Assembly (NCBI GenBank): GCA_041908585.1
Contig: JAYRFB010000118.1
Location: 1-60,689 of the forward strand
DNA: 60,689 bases
Source: Candidatus Krumholzibacteriia bacterium
Lineage (GTDB): Bacteria > Krumholzibacteriota > Krumholzibacteriia > LZORAL124-64-63
Reading direction: 5' to 3'
The position numbers were made by a program, and so were the translations under genes. Under the pieces are notes generated by a model. That model saw only the letters and a list, made by a program, of their open reading frames with translations. It was not told the DNA's origin and made no database searches. Of this stretch, positions 25,216 through 35,439 are shown in pieces (positions within the stretch are counted from its first letter, which is position 1; the number at the start of each line of letters is the position of its first letter).

Positions 25216-26580
25216 ATGCCCTTACTGCTGCCGCGCGCCCACGGTCCGCTCCTGGGCGCGCTGGACGTGCCCGGCGACAAGTCGATCTCGCACCGCGCGG
25301 TCCTGCTCGCGCTGCTGGCCGACGGCCCGTGCCGCGCGTCCGGCTGGCTGGACTGCGCCGACACGCGCAGCAGCCTCGAGGCCGCGGCAGCGCTGGGTGC
25401 CGCCGTGACGTTGACCGACGGCGATCTGGCGCTCGTGCCGCCGACGGCGCCGCCGCGCGCCGACCTGCGCCTCGACTGCGGCAACAGCGGCACCACGGCG
25501 CGGTTGCTGCTGGGCCTGCTCGCCGGCTGGCTGCAGCCCGGCGGCGCTGCGGTGACCCTGGACGGGGACGCCTCGCTGCGCGGGCGGCCGATGGGGCGTG
25601 TCGTCGAGCCGCTGCGGCGCATGGGCGCCGACCTGGCGTGGGTCGGGAGCGAAGGTCGCCTGCCCGTGGCCGTGCGCGGCGCGGCGCTGGAAGGTTGTGT
25701 GCACGACATGGCCGTCGCCTCGGCGCAGGTCAAGTCGGCGCTGCTGCTGGCGGGCCTCGGCGCCGCGGGACGGACCGTCGTGCGCGGCGGCGCCGGCTCG
25801 CGTGACCATACCGAGCGCCTGCTGCGGTCCCTCGGCGCGGGCGCGTCCACCGCGGAAGGCTGGCCCGCCGTGACCGGCCCTCGCCGGCTGCCGTCGTTCG
25901 AGCTGGCCGTGCCCGGCGATCCCTCCTCGGCCGCCTTCTTTCAGGCCGCCGCGGCCGTCGTCGCCGGGTCGGACGTCACCGTGCGCGGGCAGTCGCTGAA
26001 CCCGACGCGCACCGGCGCGCTGGCCGTGCTGGCGCGTGCAGGTGCGCGTGTGGACCACCTCGCGGCAGGGTCGACGACGTTTGCGGGCGCGGTCGCGGGT
26101 GCCGACGGGCCCGGCGAGCCGGCGGGCGGCGTGCGCGTGCGCGCGGGCAACCTGGTGGCCTTCGATCTCGGCGCCGAGGAGATCCCGGCGCTCGTGGACG
26201 AGGTGCCGGCGTTGGCCGTCGTGGCCACGCAGTGCGCCGGTCGCACCGTGATCGCCGGCGCATCGGAACTGCGCGTGAAGGAATCGGATCGCCTGGCGCT
26301 GCTGGCGCGCAACCTGCGCCGCCTCGGCGCGGCGGTGCAGGAGCTGGACGACGGGCTGATCATCGACGGTCCCTGTGCGCTGCGCGGCGGCGGGAGCGGC
26401 GACCCGCTCGTGCTCGAGACGGCAGGCGACCACCGGATCGCGATGGCGATGGCGGTGGCGGCATTGTGCACCGAAGGCGAAACCGCACTTGATGACGGGG
26501 CCTGTGTGGCGGTATCATTCCCGGGATTCTTCGGAGTCATGTCACGCCTGCTTGAAGCAGGCTCGCGACCACGGCCCTGA
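25216..26580 (+). CDS. aroA: 3-phosphoshikimate 1-carboxyvinyltransferase (EPSP synthase)
   Basis: VPGDKSISHRAVLLA, LDCGNSGTTARLLLG, RPMGRVVEPLRRMGA, LRVKESDRL, GDHRIAMA. Confidence 0.95.
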   Translation: MPLLLPRAHGPLLGALDVPGDKSISHRAVLLALLADGPCRASGWLDCADTRSSLEAAAALGAAVTLTDGDLALVPPTAPPRADLRLDCGNSGTTARLLLGLLAGWLQPGGAAVTLDGDASLRGRPMGRVVEPLRRMGADLAWVGSEGRLPVAVRGAALEGCVHDMAVASAQVKSALLLAGLGAAGRTVVRGGAGSRDHTERLLRSLGAGASTAEGWPAVTGPRRLPSFELAVPGDPSSAAFFQAAAAVVAGSDVTVRGQSLNPTRTGALAVLARAGARVDHLAAGSTTFAGAVAGADGPGEPAGGVRVRAGNLVAFDLGAEEIPALVDEVPALAVVATQCAGRTVIAGASELRVKESDRLALLARNLRRLGAAVQELDDGLIIDGPCALRGGGSGDPLVLETAGDHRIAMAMAVAALCTEGETALDDGACVAVSFPGFFGVMSRLLEAGSRPRP

Positions 26581-26769
26581 AGGCCGTCCGTTCGACGGTG
26601 GAAGGTCGGTGCAGGGCTCGCCCTGCGCACGGCCTTGTCAGGACCACCAGAGGGACGGGCGGCCTCCGGGGCCGCGGCGTTGACGGAAGCGACGCGCGGC
26701 GTGCCACCCGCGGCGGCAGGGCCGCCGCGGCGGCGCGGGCCACGCGGCGGAACGGACGGATGGTGGACC

Positions 26770-28026
26770 ATGAACGCGCGCCCCGACTTTCCCGACTACC
26801 TCGCCGAGATGAAGTGGCGCGGGTTCTTCGAGCAATGCACCGACGAGGCGGCTCTCGGCGAGCTGCTGGCGGCCGGCCCGGTCACCGGCTATGCCGGCTT
26901 CGATCCCACTGCCGAGAGCCTGCACATCGGCAGCCTGGTCCCGATCATGGGCCTGCTCCACCTGCAGCGCCACGGCCACCGGCCCATCGCCATCGTCGGC
27001 GGCGGCACGGCGATGGTCGGCGACCCGAGCGGCAAGACCGAGCTGAGGAAGATGCTGACGGTCGAGGACATCGACCGCAACCTGGTCGGCATCCGCGCCC
27101 AGCTGGGACGCTTCCTGCGCCTGGGCGACGGACCGGACGACGGCCTGATGGTGAACAACGCCGACTGGCTCCGAGACAAGACCTACATCGAATTCCTGCG
27201 CGACGTGGGCCGCCACTTCAGCGTCAACCAGATGCTGGCCCGTGACTCGGTCAAGACCCGCATGGAGACGGGCCTGAGCTTCCTCGAGTTCAACTACATG
27301 ATCCTGCAGGCCTACGACTTCCTGGTGCTCAATCGTGACCACGGCTGCCGGCTCCAGGTCGGCGGCAGCGACCAGTGGGGGAACATCTGCTCGGGCATCG
27401 ACCTCTGCCGGCGCCTGGGCCGCGCCGAGGTCTATGGCCTGACCTACCCGCTGATCATGACGGCCGCCGGCGAGAAGATGGGCAAGACGGCCGCCGGGGC
27501 GGTCTGGCTGGATGCCGGCCGCACCAGCCCCTACGACTTCTTCCAGTACTGGGTCAACGTCGATGACCGCGACGTCAGCCGCTTCCTGCGGCGGTACACC
27601 CTGCTGCCGCCCGGGCGCATCGGGGAACTGGAGGCGCTCGAAGGTGCCGACATCCGCCAGGCCAAGCAGGCGCTGGCGCTGGCGGTCACCGCGCTGGTGC
27701 ACGGTGAGGCGGCCGCGCAGGCGGCGGCCGAGGCGGCCCGCGCGGCCTTCGGCGGCGGCGGTGATGCGGCGGCCATCCCGTCCAGCGTGCTGGCGGCGGC
27801 GGCCCTGGCCGGCGATGGACTGGTCCTGCTGGACGTGCTCGTGGACGTCGGGCTGGTCGGGAGCAAGGGTGAGGCGCGACGCCTGGTCCGCCAGGGAGGG
27901 GTTCGTGTCAACGGCGAGGCCGTGGCCGACGAGCAGCGGCGCCTGGGGGCGGATGATATCCGGGACGGGCGGATCGTCCTGCAGCTGGGCAAGAAACGGC
28001 ACCACCACCTGCGCGTCGAGGGCTGA
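26770..28026 (+). CDS. tyrS: Tyrosine--tRNA ligase
   Basis: Internal ATG at 26770 of track ORF 26635..28026 (MNARPDFPDYLAEMKWRGFFEQCTDE). HIGH-type motif (AESLHIGSL), KMSKS-type motif (KMGKT), and a C-terminal S4-like domain (GEARRLVRQGGVRVNGE). Confidence 0.95.
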   Translation: MNARPDFPDYLAEMKWRGFFEQCTDEAALGELLAAGPVTGYAGFDPTAESLHIGSLVPIMGLLHLQRHGHRPIAIVGGGTAMVGDPSGKTELRKMLTVEDIDRNLVGIRAQLGRFLRLGDGPDDGLMVNNADWLRDKTYIEFLRDVGRHFSVNQMLARDSVKTRMETGLSFLEFNYMILQAYDFLVLNRDHGCRLQVGGSDQWGNICSGIDLCRRLGRAEVYGLTYPLIMTAAGEKMGKTAAGAVWLDAGRTSPYDFFQYWVNVDDRDVSRFLRRYTLLPPGRIGELEALEGADIRQAKQALALAVTALVHGEAAAQAAAEAARAAFGGGGDAAAIPSSVLAAAALAGDGLVLLDVLVDVGLVGSKGEARRLVRQGGVRVNGEAVADEQRRLGADDIRDGRIVLQLGKKRHHHLRVEG

Positions 28027-28169
28027 GCGCCGGACGGCGGCGTGCCCGCGTTGCGCCCTGTCGCCCGGGGAACGATCATGGCCCCGTCGTGTATCATCAT
28101 CTTTTCCCCGGGACCGGCCTGCGGCCGGCCCCTGCCGGCGACCATCACGGACCCCGAGAGGACCCCGAC

Positions 28170-29429
28170 ATGCACCGCCCCCACCTGCCCGCGGCCGGGC
28201 GCCGCGGCGCCGCGCTGACGCTGGCCGTCGTCTCCCTGACCGGCCTGGTCGCCTGCGCGGCCGGGCGCGCCCCCGAGACCCCGGCCGACCCGGCAGCAGC
28301 CTACGCCGCGGCGCGCGAGGAGGCGGCCCGCAGCCTCGAGTCCCTGCGCGCCTACGACCTGGCCGGCACCATCCACATCGAGAACGTCCCGGCCGGCGGC
28401 GGCGAGCCGATGACGGCCGACCTCTCGTTTGCGGCGGCGGCACGCTGGCCGGACCGCCTGTCGGTCACGCAGTCGGAGAGCGAGCAGATCCTGAACCTCG
28501 GGACGGGCCCGGACGCCTCCTGGTTCCATTACCTGCCGATGCGCGCGGCCTACCGTGGCGCGCCGGCGACGCTGGTGCGCGACCTGGCGGCGGCCGCTCG
28601 CATGGACCTGGACGAGCGGAGCCTCTTCAACTTCTACGCCGGGCTGGGCCAACTGCTGCTGCCGGCCGAGCGCGCGCCGGTCGAGGCGCCGGTCAGCGAG
28701 ACGATCGAGGTCGGCGGGCGCAAGATCGACTGCCGCGTCTTCAGCCTGCCGGCCCTGGACCCGGACCCGGCGAACCCGGGCGGCACGCCGGGCGCCGGGC
28801 GCTGGTGGCTGGACCCCAAGACCGGGATCTGCGTGAAGGTCGCTTCCTCGACGATGCTCAACGGGCGCGGCGGGCCGGTGACCCAGAACGTCACGTTCAC
28901 GCTGACGAAGCTGGAACTGGGCGACGGCCCGGCCGATGACCGCTTCGCCTGGACGGCGCCCGAGGGCGTGCGCATGGCCGCCACGCTCGACCAGCTGGCG
29001 AATCCCGAGTCGATGGTGGGCCAGCCGGCGCCCGATGCCGTGTTGACGGATCTGGACGGCAAGACGTTCAACCTGTCGGACCTGCGAGGCAAGGTCGTCT
29101 TCCTGGACCTCTGGGCCACGTGGTGCGGCCCCTGCCGGATGGAGATGCCGCACCTCGAGAAGCTGCACAAGGAGTTGGGCGACAAGGTCGCCTTCGTGGC
29201 TGCCAGCAGCGAGGAGAAGCCCGTCATCGAGGGGTTCCTCCAGAAGAGCCCGTACACGATGCGGATCGTGCAGATCGCCGAGGCCGACGCCCACGGCAAG
29301 TTCAAGGCGACGAGCATCCCCACGGGCTTCGTGATCGACAAGGACGGCACCATCCGGGCCCACCTGGTGGGTGCGCAGAACGAGGCGCAGCTGCGCAATG
29401 CGCTCGCGAAGGCGGGCATCGGGTCCTGA
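28170..29429 (+). CDS. Lipoprotein: LolA-like (lipoprotein-sorting fold) N-domain fused to a TlpA-family thioredoxin (WCGPC)
   Basis: Internal ATG at 28170 gives MHRPHLPAAGRRGAALTLAVVSLTGLVAC (lipobox LVAC). The C-terminal 150 aa reads GQPAPDAVLTDLDGKTFNLSDLRGKVVFLDLWATWCGPCRMEMPHL...IPTGFVIDKDGTIR, which is thiol:disulfide oxidoreductase of the TlpA/ResA type. The N-domain ends ...DDRFAWTAPEGV, as in LolA-like/DUF2092-type proteins (weaker call). Confidence 0.8.
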   Translation: MHRPHLPAAGRRGAALTLAVVSLTGLVACAAGRAPETPADPAAAYAAAREEAARSLESLRAYDLAGTIHIENVPAGGGEPMTADLSFAAAARWPDRLSVTQSESEQILNLGTGPDASWFHYLPMRAAYRGAPATLVRDLAAAARMDLDERSLFNFYAGLGQLLLPAERAPVEAPVSETIEVGGRKIDCRVFSLPALDPDPANPGGTPGAGRWWLDPKTGICVKVASSTMLNGRGGPVTQNVTFTLTKLELGDGPADDRFAWTAPEGVRMAATLDQLANPESMVGQPAPDAVLTDLDGKTFNLSDLRGKVVFLDLWATWCGPCRMEMPHLEKLHKELGDKVAFVAASSEEKPVIEGFLQKSPYTMRIVQIAEADAHGKFKATSIPTGFVIDKDGTIRAHLVGAQNEAQLRNALAKAGIGS

Positions 29430-29488
29430 CCTCGAGCGCGGCATGAAGCAGCGGAGGCTGCGCTCGTCCTCGTCGGTGGATCTGATCA

Positions 29489-29519
29489 TGCCCGGCCCGG
29501 GCAGCTGCCGGGCCGGGCA
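29489..29519. terminator. Bidirectional stem-loop between convergent genes (12-bp perfect GC-rich stem, 7-nt loop)
   Basis: TGCCCGGCCCGG (29489-29500), loop GCAGCTG, CCGGGCCGGGCA (29508-29519). It lies between the TlpA-fusion stop (29429) and the OmpA-family stop (29538). There is no clear U-tract. Confidence 0.5.
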
Positions 29520-29537
29520 CAATCTCGACGGCACAAC

Positions 29538-31043
<1,506 letters not shown>

Positions 31044-31172
31044 CGACGACTCCCCCGTTGGCAAGGCGACCACGGCGCCCCTGCGCGCGGCCAGGCTCCA
31101 TCCGTTCATGCGGCTATTCATGCGACCGCGGCGACGACCGGTCAACAGCCATGTGTGCGGCACCGGGCAATG

Positions 31173-31201
31173 GAAAAGGGGATCGCGCGCGGGCGACCCC
31201 C
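31173..31201 (-). terminator. Intrinsic terminator-like hairpin plus U-tract downstream of the 46-aa peptide gene
   Basis: The minus strand reads GGGGGUCGC-CCGCGC-GCGAUCCCC-UUUU (9-bp stem with one G-U pair) and starts ~39 nt after the TAG at 31240-31242. Confidence 0.55.
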
Positions 31202-31239
31202 TTCCCGGTTCCGCTGGTCGGCGTCGCCGAGGCGAGCGC

Positions 31240-31380
31240 CTATTCCATGTGCAGCCGCAGGTTGTCGATGACGCTCGTCGGCGTCGGCGTGACCGACCCG
31301 CGACCGTTCGAATAGTCCCCGAAGACGCCCAGCTCCAGGCGCTTGGTCTTGAGCTCCGGCTTGCAATAAGTCTTTTTCAT
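31240..31380 (-). CDS. Stand-alone 46-aa peptide MKKTYCKPELKTKRLELGVFGDYSNGRGSVTPTPTSVIDNLRLHME (unknown family; RiPP-leader-like N-terminus)
   Basis: Uses the internal ATG (31378-31380) of track ORF 31240..31425. AGGAGG at 31391-31396 lies 10 nt upstream. Third codon positions are almost all G/C from codon 8 onward, like the surrounding genuine genes. The gene is flanked by its own promoter-like element and terminator. Confidence 0.65.
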   Translation of the reverse strand: MKKTYCKPELKTKRLELGVFGDYSNGRGSVTPTPTSVIDNLRLHME

Positions 31381-31467
31381 TTCCGGACAACCTCCTGAAC
31401 CACGGGCGCGGGCCCGACCCTCCAAAGGCGCCGGACATCCCCCGTCCGCCTTTTTCCCCCTGCAACC

Positions 31468-31496
31468 ATGTTATCCCCAAGCCGGGCCGCCGTCAA
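31468..31496 (-). promoter_or_regulatory. Sigma70-like promoter for the peptide gene: TTGACG - 17 nt - TAACAT
   Basis: On the minus strand the -35 TTGACG is at 31491-31496 and the -10 TAACAT at 31468-31473. An A/T-rich stretch (CAAAATAAAACTC) immediately upstream stands out in this GC-rich DNA. The predicted leader is ~80 nt. Confidence 0.45.
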
Positions 31497-31512
31497 GTTG
31501 AATCTCGGAGTT

Positions 31513-33363
31513 TTATTTTGCGCTATGGTGGCCTTGCTGGGCGGCGTGCAGCGTGGCGTACAGCCCCTGCCGGGCCAGCAGCTGGTCGTGGCTCCCGGAC
31601 TCGACGATCCGGCCCTCGGCCAGCACCACGATCAGGTCCAGGTCCCGCACCAGGGACAGGCGATGGGCGATGACCAAGGCCGTGCGCCCGTGCATGGCAG
31701 CGCGCATCGCCTGGCGGATCTCCTCCTCGGCGTTGGCATCGAGGGCGCTGGTCGGCTCGTCCATGACCAGCAGTCCGGGATCGCGCAGGAAGGCGCGCGC
31801 CAGCGCGATACGCTGGCGCTGCCCGCCGCTGAGGCGGATGCCGCGCTCGCCGGTGACCGAGTCCAGTCCCAGCGGGAGGTCGTCGGCGAAGCTGTCCACG
31901 CCGGCCTGCCCGGCGGCGCGGCGCACGGCCGCCTCGTCCGCGCCCTCGAGCCCGAAGCGGATGTTCGCGGCCAGGCTGATGTCGTACAGCACGGGGTCCT
32001 GCGCCACGAAGGCCATGCCGGCGCGCAGGGCCGCGGGGTCCAGGTCGGCGTACGGTTGCCCGTCCAGCCACAGGCGCCCGGTCGACGGCGGGTACAGCCC
32101 CATGATCAGCCCGGCCAGGGTGGTCTTCCCCGACCCCGACGGGCCCACAAGGCCCACCCACTGCCCCGGGGCGATGTCCAGGTCGATCCCGCGCAGGACC
32201 TCGCGCCCGGCGCCGCCGCCCGCGGCCGGGTAGGTGAAGCCGACGCCCTCGAGGCGGATGCCCAGCGGCGCGTGCCGCGCGACCGGCACGGGGGCGGCCG
32301 GGTCGCGCTCGGGCGGCTGGGCGAAGATGTCGTCCAGCCGGGCGGCCGCCGCGGCGGCGCCCTGCGCCTCGGCGTAGAGGCTCGACAGCGAGGCCAGGGG
32401 CATCGCCACGCGGAAGGCCAGCAGAAGGAAGGCCACCAGCTCGCCGCCGGTGGCCTGGCCGCGCGCGGCCAGCACGAAGCCGTAGACGACGACGCCGACC
32501 AGGCAGACCCACAGCGCCATCTGGATGCCGGCCTCGAGCGCCGCCTGCAGCCAGGCGCGGCGCAGCCCGTCGCGGCGATAGCCCTCGACCATCGCCTCGA
32601 ACCGCGACTTCTCGTGGCCCTGGGCGTTGTGGACCTTCAGCGTGGCGATGCCGCCGACGGTCTCCTGCACGTGGCTGCTGAGCAGGCCCAGGCTGTCGTA
32701 CATGCGGCGCGAGAGGCGGCGCAGGCGGGTCCCGAACAGGCGCACCAGCAGGATCGTCGCCGGGATCAGGAGCACGACCACCAGGGCCAGCCGAGGGTTC
32801 AGCCGCGTCATGAGCGCGAGTGCGCCGACCAGCGTCAGGAGCGCGCGCACCAGGGCGACCAGGCCGCCGGTCAGCACGTACTGGATGGCGCCGACATCGC
32901 CGGTCACGCGCGTGGAGAGATCGCCGGCCTTCTGCCCGGTGAAGAACAGCGCCGGCAACTCCAGCAGGTGCGCGTAGAGGCGCTGCCGCAGGCGGGTCAC
33001 CGTCTCCAGGGCCAGCCGCGCCGAGACCACCGAGAACAGGAAGGAGCCGGCCAGCTGGGCCAGCAGCAGCGCGCCCAGCCAGGCGAGCAGCCGGCGGTCG
33101 GCGATGCCGGCGCCGGTCGCGGCTGCGGCCGCGTCGACGAACCGCCCGGCCACCAGCGGGATGGCCAGGCTGACCGAGGTGGCCAGCAGCATCAGGACGC
33201 CCGCGGTCGCGAGCGCGGCCTCCTGGCCGCGCAGCAGCGAGAGGTAGGGGCGCAGCGCGGACAGGCCCGCGCGCGGGCCCCTGGCCCCGCCGGGAGCAGC
33301 CGCGTCATCGCCGGGAGACGCCGCCTGGTGTCGGGCCGGGCTCGATTTCACTTCAGTCTCCAT
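31513..33363 (-). CDS. Half-size ABC exporter (TMD-NBD; MsbA/PglK/McjD-like)
   Basis: ORF 31513..33363 (616 aa). Six-TM N-terminal domain, Walker A GPSGSGKTT, signature LSGGQRQRIALARAF, Walker B LLVMDEPTSALD, H-loop VIAHRL. There is no N-terminal C39 peptidase domain. Confidence 0.9.
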   Translation of the reverse strand: METEVKSSPARHQAASPGDDAAAPGGARGPRAGLSALRPYLSLLRGQEAALATAGVLMLLATSVSLAIPLVAGRFVDAAAAATGAGIADRRLLAWLGALLLAQLAGSFLFSVVSARLALETVTRLRQRLYAHLLELPALFFTGQKAGDLSTRVTGDVGAIQYVLTGGLVALVRALLTLVGALALMTRLNPRLALVVVLLIPATILLVRLFGTRLRRLSRRMYDSLGLLSSHVQETVGGIATLKVHNAQGHEKSRFEAMVEGYRRDGLRRAWLQAALEAGIQMALWVCLVGVVVYGFVLAARGQATGGELVAFLLLAFRVAMPLASLSSLYAEAQGAAAAAARLDDIFAQPPERDPAAPVPVARHAPLGIRLEGVGFTYPAAGGGAGREVLRGIDLDIAPGQWVGLVGPSGSGKTTLAGLIMGLYPPSTGRLWLDGQPYADLDPAALRAGMAFVAQDPVLYDISLAANIRFGLEGADEAAVRRAAGQAGVDSFADDLPLGLDSVTGERGIRLSGGQRQRIALARAFLRDPGLLVMDEPTSALDANAEEEIRQAMRAAMHGRTALVIAHRLSLVRDLDLIVVLAEGRIVESGSHDQLLARQGLYATLHAAQQGHHSAK

Positions 33364-33579
33364 GGTTTCGCGACGAATCCGGGAGAAATCGCCGGCGTTC
33401 GCGCCAGAATAGTACGCCTTTGGTGCGGCCCCAATCGGTTTCTCGATCCGGGCACTGGTTGTCCCGCGGGGTCGATGCTAGATTTCGCTGGAACTCAACG
33501 CGACGATTCGCCTTCGGACCGCGACCGGGATGACCCGTCTCGAGCCGACACGGACCCCAGACGAACGGATCGCTGATTC

Positions 33580-35439
33580 ATGTGCGGCATCTTGTGCAGG
33601 CATGCGCGCCGGCAAACGCACCCGGCCTCCGCTCCCGCACACCGGGCCGAGGAGCTTCCGGAACTGCTGGCGCTGCTGGGCCACCGGGGCCCGGACGCGA
33701 CGGGCACGCGCACGCATGGCGCGGCCTGGCTTGGGCACACCCGCCTTTCGATCCTCGACCTCGAGCTAGGCGACCAGCCCCTCTTCAACGAGGACCACAC
33801 GGTCGCGGTCATCCTCAACGGCGAGATCTACAACCACCACGAGTTGCGCGCGGACCTGCGCTCGCGCGGGCATGTCTTCCGCTCCCGCAGCGACACCGAG
33901 GTGCTTGCCCACCTGTGGGAGGAGTACGGCGAGGCGATGGTCGGCCGCCTGGTCGGCATGTTCGCCTTCGTCGTGCACGACGAGCGCCAGGGCGTGCTGT
34001 TCGCCGCCCGCGACCGGCTGGGGGAGAAGCCGTTGCTCTACGTCGAGGGCGACGGCGAGGTGACGATTGCCTCGGAGCTGAAGGCGCTGCTGCCCCTGCT
34101 GGGACCGGCGCCCCGGATCGACCGGCGTGCGCTGGCCCTCTACCTGAACTGCATGTACGTGCCGGCGCCGCTGACCATTCTCGAGGGCGCCCGCAAGCTG
34201 CCGCCGGCCCACTGGCTGCGCCACGACGCGCAGGGGCTGACGATACGGCGCTACTGGGAACCGCGCCTGACGGTGGACTGGTCGATGACGGAAGCCGAGG
34301 CCGTCGCTGGCCTGCGCGAGCGACTGCAGGCGGCCGTCGCCTCCCAGCTGGAGGCCGATGTGCCGGTCGGGATCTTCCTTTCCGGCGGACTGGACTCGGC
34401 GGCGGTCGTGGCGTGCGCTGCGGCGGCGGGCGGCAGGATGCCGGCCACGTACACCATGGGCATGGGCGGCGGCCTGGACGAGCGCCAATGGGCGAAGCAG
34501 GTTGCCGAGCGGTTCGGGACAAGGCACCACGAGATGTGGGCGGACCCGCATGTGGAGGAGCTCTTTCCCCGCCTGATGGACCATCTCGACGAGCCGTTCG
34601 CCGACAGCTCGGTCCTGCCCACGTACATGGTCGCGCATGCGGCGAGCCGGCACCTGAAGGTGGTGCTGACTGGGGACGGCGGCGATGAGCTGATGGCGGG
34701 CTACGATGCGTACCTGTGGCAGGCGGCGCAGCGCTCGACGCGGCTGGGCGGTCGCATCCGGCGGCGGCTGGCCCGGTATGGGTTGAAGTCCGGCTACGAC
34801 CGGGACGCTCGCGGTGCGTGGCCTCTGCGCAACTGGCTGCATGTGCGCAGCGTTATCCACGACGATGAACTCCCGGACTGGGTGGGCGAGTCGGTGGCCG
34901 GCGTCGAGCGCTTCTGGGAAGGACCGCGCTGGCTCGAACTGGCCGACACGGACCCGCTTTCGGTCGCCTTCGGGCACGACTTCAACTACTACCTGCCTGA
35001 CGACCTCCTCAAGAAGGTCGACATGGCGTCCATGTTCGCAGGCCTTGAATGCCGGGCGCCGTTCCTCGATTATCGGCTCGTCGAGTTCGGCATGCGGATC
35101 CCCCCGACGCTGAAGGTGCGGGGGGGGCGGACGAAGCACCTGCTGCGCGAGGCGATGCGGGGCACCCTGCCCGAGGCCATCCTGGACCGCCCGAAGCAGG
35201 GCTTCGGCTCGCCCATCGGGCTCTGGCTGCAGGGACCGCTGCGCGAGGTGGCCCGGGATCTGCTGGCGCCGGGCTGCCGCTGCGAGGACTGGGTGGCGCC
35301 GGCCGTGGTTCGCGGCGTGGTTGATGCGATGTGGGCCGGGCCGCCGGCGGAGAACTGGCGCCTGCCCCAGCGGTTCTGGACGCTCCTGGCTCTCGAATGG
35401 TGGCTCCGCCGCCATGAGCGGGCGGACCGGATCGGGTGA
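33580..35439 (+). CDS. Asparagine synthase (glutamine-hydrolysing) family amidotransferase, glycan-locus type
   Basis: ORF 33580..35439 (619 aa). N-terminal MCGI (Cys2 Ntn nucleophile), LNGEIYNH, and PP-loop FLSGGLDSAAVV. Confidence 0.9.
   Translation: MCGILCRHARRQTHPASAPAHRAEELPELLALLGHRGPDATGTRTHGAAWLGHTRLSILDLELGDQPLFNEDHTVAVILNGEIYNHHELRADLRSRGHVFRSRSDTEVLAHLWEEYGEAMVGRLVGMFAFVVHDERQGVLFAARDRLGEKPLLYVEGDGEVTIASELKALLPLLGPAPRIDRRALALYLNCMYVPAPLTILEGARKLPPAHWLRHDAQGLTIRRYWEPRLTVDWSMTEAEAVAGLRERLQAAVASQLEADVPVGIFLSGGLDSAAVVACAAAAGGRMPATYTMGMGGGLDERQWAKQVAERFGTRHHEMWADPHVEELFPRLMDHLDEPFADSSVLPTYMVAHAASRHLKVVLTGDGGDELMAGYDAYLWQAAQRSTRLGGRIRRRLARYGLKSGYDRDARGAWPLRNWLHVRSVIHDDELPDWVGESVAGVERFWEGPRWLELADTDPLSVAFGHDFNYYLPDDLLKKVDMASMFAGLECRAPFLDYRLVEFGMRIPPTLKVRGGRTKHLLREAMRGTLPEAILDRPKQGFGSPIGLWLQGPLREVARDLLAPGCRCEDWVAPAVVRGVVDAMWAGPPAENWRLPQRFWTLLALEWWLRRHERADRIG

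Noticed and set aside
26581-26769. Possible T-box or other leader element upstream of tyrS. The spacer is 190 nt and GC-rich. GGTGGACC abuts the start codon and resembles the T-box core GGTGGTACC. There is also 8/9-bp complementarity between 26641-26649 (GGACCACCA) and 26761-26769 (TGGTGGACC).
   Set aside because: There is no TAC or TAT specifier codon anywhere in the leader. I also see no recognisable Stem I GA/AG-bulge motifs and no terminator/antiterminator alternative. The long-range pairing may still occlude the ribosome-binding region, but I cannot support a riboswitch call.
31240-35439. Reading of the region as a lasso-peptide gene cluster: AsnB-like as the cyclase C, the ABC exporter as D, and the 46-aa ORF as the precursor A.
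   Set aside because: - The AsnB homolog keeps the N-terminal Cys2 glutaminase nucleophile and heads a glycan operon, whereas lasso cyclases usually lack that Cys.
- No B protein (RRE/PqqD plus transglutaminase-like protease) is present within the window.
- The peptide lacks the Thr at -2, the Gly/Ala/Ser/Cys at position 1 and the Asp/Glu at positions 7-9 in any plausible core. Only the YxxPxL-like leader element fits.
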